64,000 nt of DNA from Candidatus Altiarchaeota archaeon. Its GTDB lineage: Archaea > Altiarchaeota > Altiarchaeia > IMC4 > SCGC-AAA252-I15. Below, piece by piece: positions 63,901 through 64,000 of the stretch. A program made the translations under genes and the position numbers. The notes beneath the pieces were generated by a model. That model was not told the origin of the DNA. It was given only the letters and a program-made list of their open reading frames with translations, and made no database searches. Where the stretch lies: NCBI GenBank assembly GCA_043813075.1, contig JBDRLL010000006.1:46533-110532 (forward strand), written 5' to 3'. Numbering within the stretch: position 1 is the first letter of the stretch; every line of letters begins with the position of its first letter.

Positions 63901-64000
63901 AGTACTCGTAGACGTAGTCGAAGTACTCGTAGACGTAGTCGAAGTACTCGTAGACGTAGTCGAAGTACTCGTAGACGTAGTCGAAGTACTCGTAGACGTA
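60946..64000 (-). CDS. Large Cys-rich/Ser-Thr-rich surface protein with a LamG-like domain, open at right edge
   Basis: The frame stays open beyond the track start (63288) to the window end, reading almost only Ser/Thr. LamG-like segment GAVCFWVKP...GWHEV.VSW...LYVD. Confidence 0.85.
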   Translation of the reverse strand, partial: TSTSTSTTSTSTSTTSTSTSTTSTSTSTTSTSTTSTTTVITTTSTSSSSSSSSTTSSSSTTSSSSSTTTSTTSTSTTTTSSSSSSTTSTTSSTTSTSTTSTTTSTSSTSSTTSTSTSTSTSTSTSTSSTSTTSSTTSSTSTSSTTSTSTTSSTTSSTSTSSTTSTSTTSSTTSSTSTSTSTSTSTSTSTSSTSTTSTTTSTSSTSSTTSTSTTSSTTSTSTSTSTSTSSSSISCCEWLGILTLFEDSLSSTTGATSTPGGGVLLGDGTISFDGYYPNNDGRIRWSDADQKLSSSGGAVCFWVKPMKDVSDMAHPEESGYMFYEHEDSNNLLEVKFNASNNEIEYYKADSGIDSLASSNVPSSWKKDGWHEVIVSWGCDGTQELYVDQQLVDWTTDPLGIGIINEFMYMGNDPTGSNPVNFTLRDLETCWCPASSTSTSSVSSTSHSTTSSSLVSSTSHSTTSSSLVSSTSHSTTSSSLVSSTSHSTTSSSIVSTTSHSTSSSLVSSTSHTTTTSSTSSTLSCQDWCSTYSGYRGHVFNEGECTVVDDGKHSSCYSNDLADSRYCDVSYRNCCEGITEIECECLDYMPVLGGMGCVDLCEIRGHPVDWCDANRCECDETRTLEESYCDSVVCDSYFTLGDGFNIGEDDCTAETEICCCGLMPTSTSTSSTLLSTTSHSTTSSSLVSSTSHSTTSSSIVPTTSHSTTSSSMVTSTSHSTTSHSTTSSSLVSSTSHSTTSSSTSSSSSSSSTLFNCEMQGGDCTYADVACGLVEYNNGECWVRDCCEGEIDPDCDNCLDYCRDYCHDLGQAQATPRDMYVETCEEGPVVPVCVCSDTNYESVCDEKCDPGAENLGWDLCNEPGDEGNLCCMAIIPTTTSSSVTSTSTVSTTSHSTTSHSTTSSSSVSTTSYSTTTISCTPEYCRQLYPDVTIILQGPTGPMVVHVEINAYCRECNPWEVELPGFTAGWDPETMTCTNEEIITNCCCGNCLVNLNEWPYSTTTSSTATSTSSSSTLVEEGL
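63310..64000 (-). repeat. Coding tandem repeats of a Ser/Thr mucin-like tract
   Basis: 21-bp unit GTACTCGTAGACGTAGTCGAA about 4.7 times at 63902-64000; ~54-bp unit nearly 3 times at ~63476-63628. Confidence 0.85.

Noticed and set aside
63310-64000. Possible CRISPR array
   Set aside because: The repeats are contiguous, multiples of 3, lack unique spacers and encode Ser/Thr in frame; no cas genes are present.

Overview
This is an archaeal chromosomal window. Gene content and the diverged 16S suggest a DPANN-associated lineage such as Altiarchaeota, which is an inference without a database check. Core content: the proteasome/exosome superoperon (psmA-SBDS-rrp4-rrp41-rrp42-rpl37ae-rpo12-pcc1-pfdB), arg/his/pur biosynthesis, tpiA, R15P isomerase, hypCDEF, DNA ligase, fibrillarin, RNase Z, many glycosylation genes, a 16S-tRNA-Ala-23S operon with no linked 5S, an RNase P RNA, tRNA-His and tRNA-Pro. 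Two giant ORFs run off the window edges (a coiled-coil protein on the left, a Cys/Ser/Thr-rich protein on the right). The most unusual signal is non-coding and tRNA-centred. (1) tRNA-Ala(TGC) and tRNA-His(GTG) carry homologous 37/38 BHB introns built around a Y-Y-R intrastrand-triplex motif that shows a three-way covariation. (2) Both tRNAs are followed by the same ~65-nt covarying trailer, whose first hairpin starts at the discriminator base. (3) tRNA-His and tRNA-Pro have duplicated 3' ends enclosing small hairpin cassettes, and the His copy carries its own 59/60 BHB-type insert. Together these suggest a family of small mobile structured elements that colonise tRNA loci.
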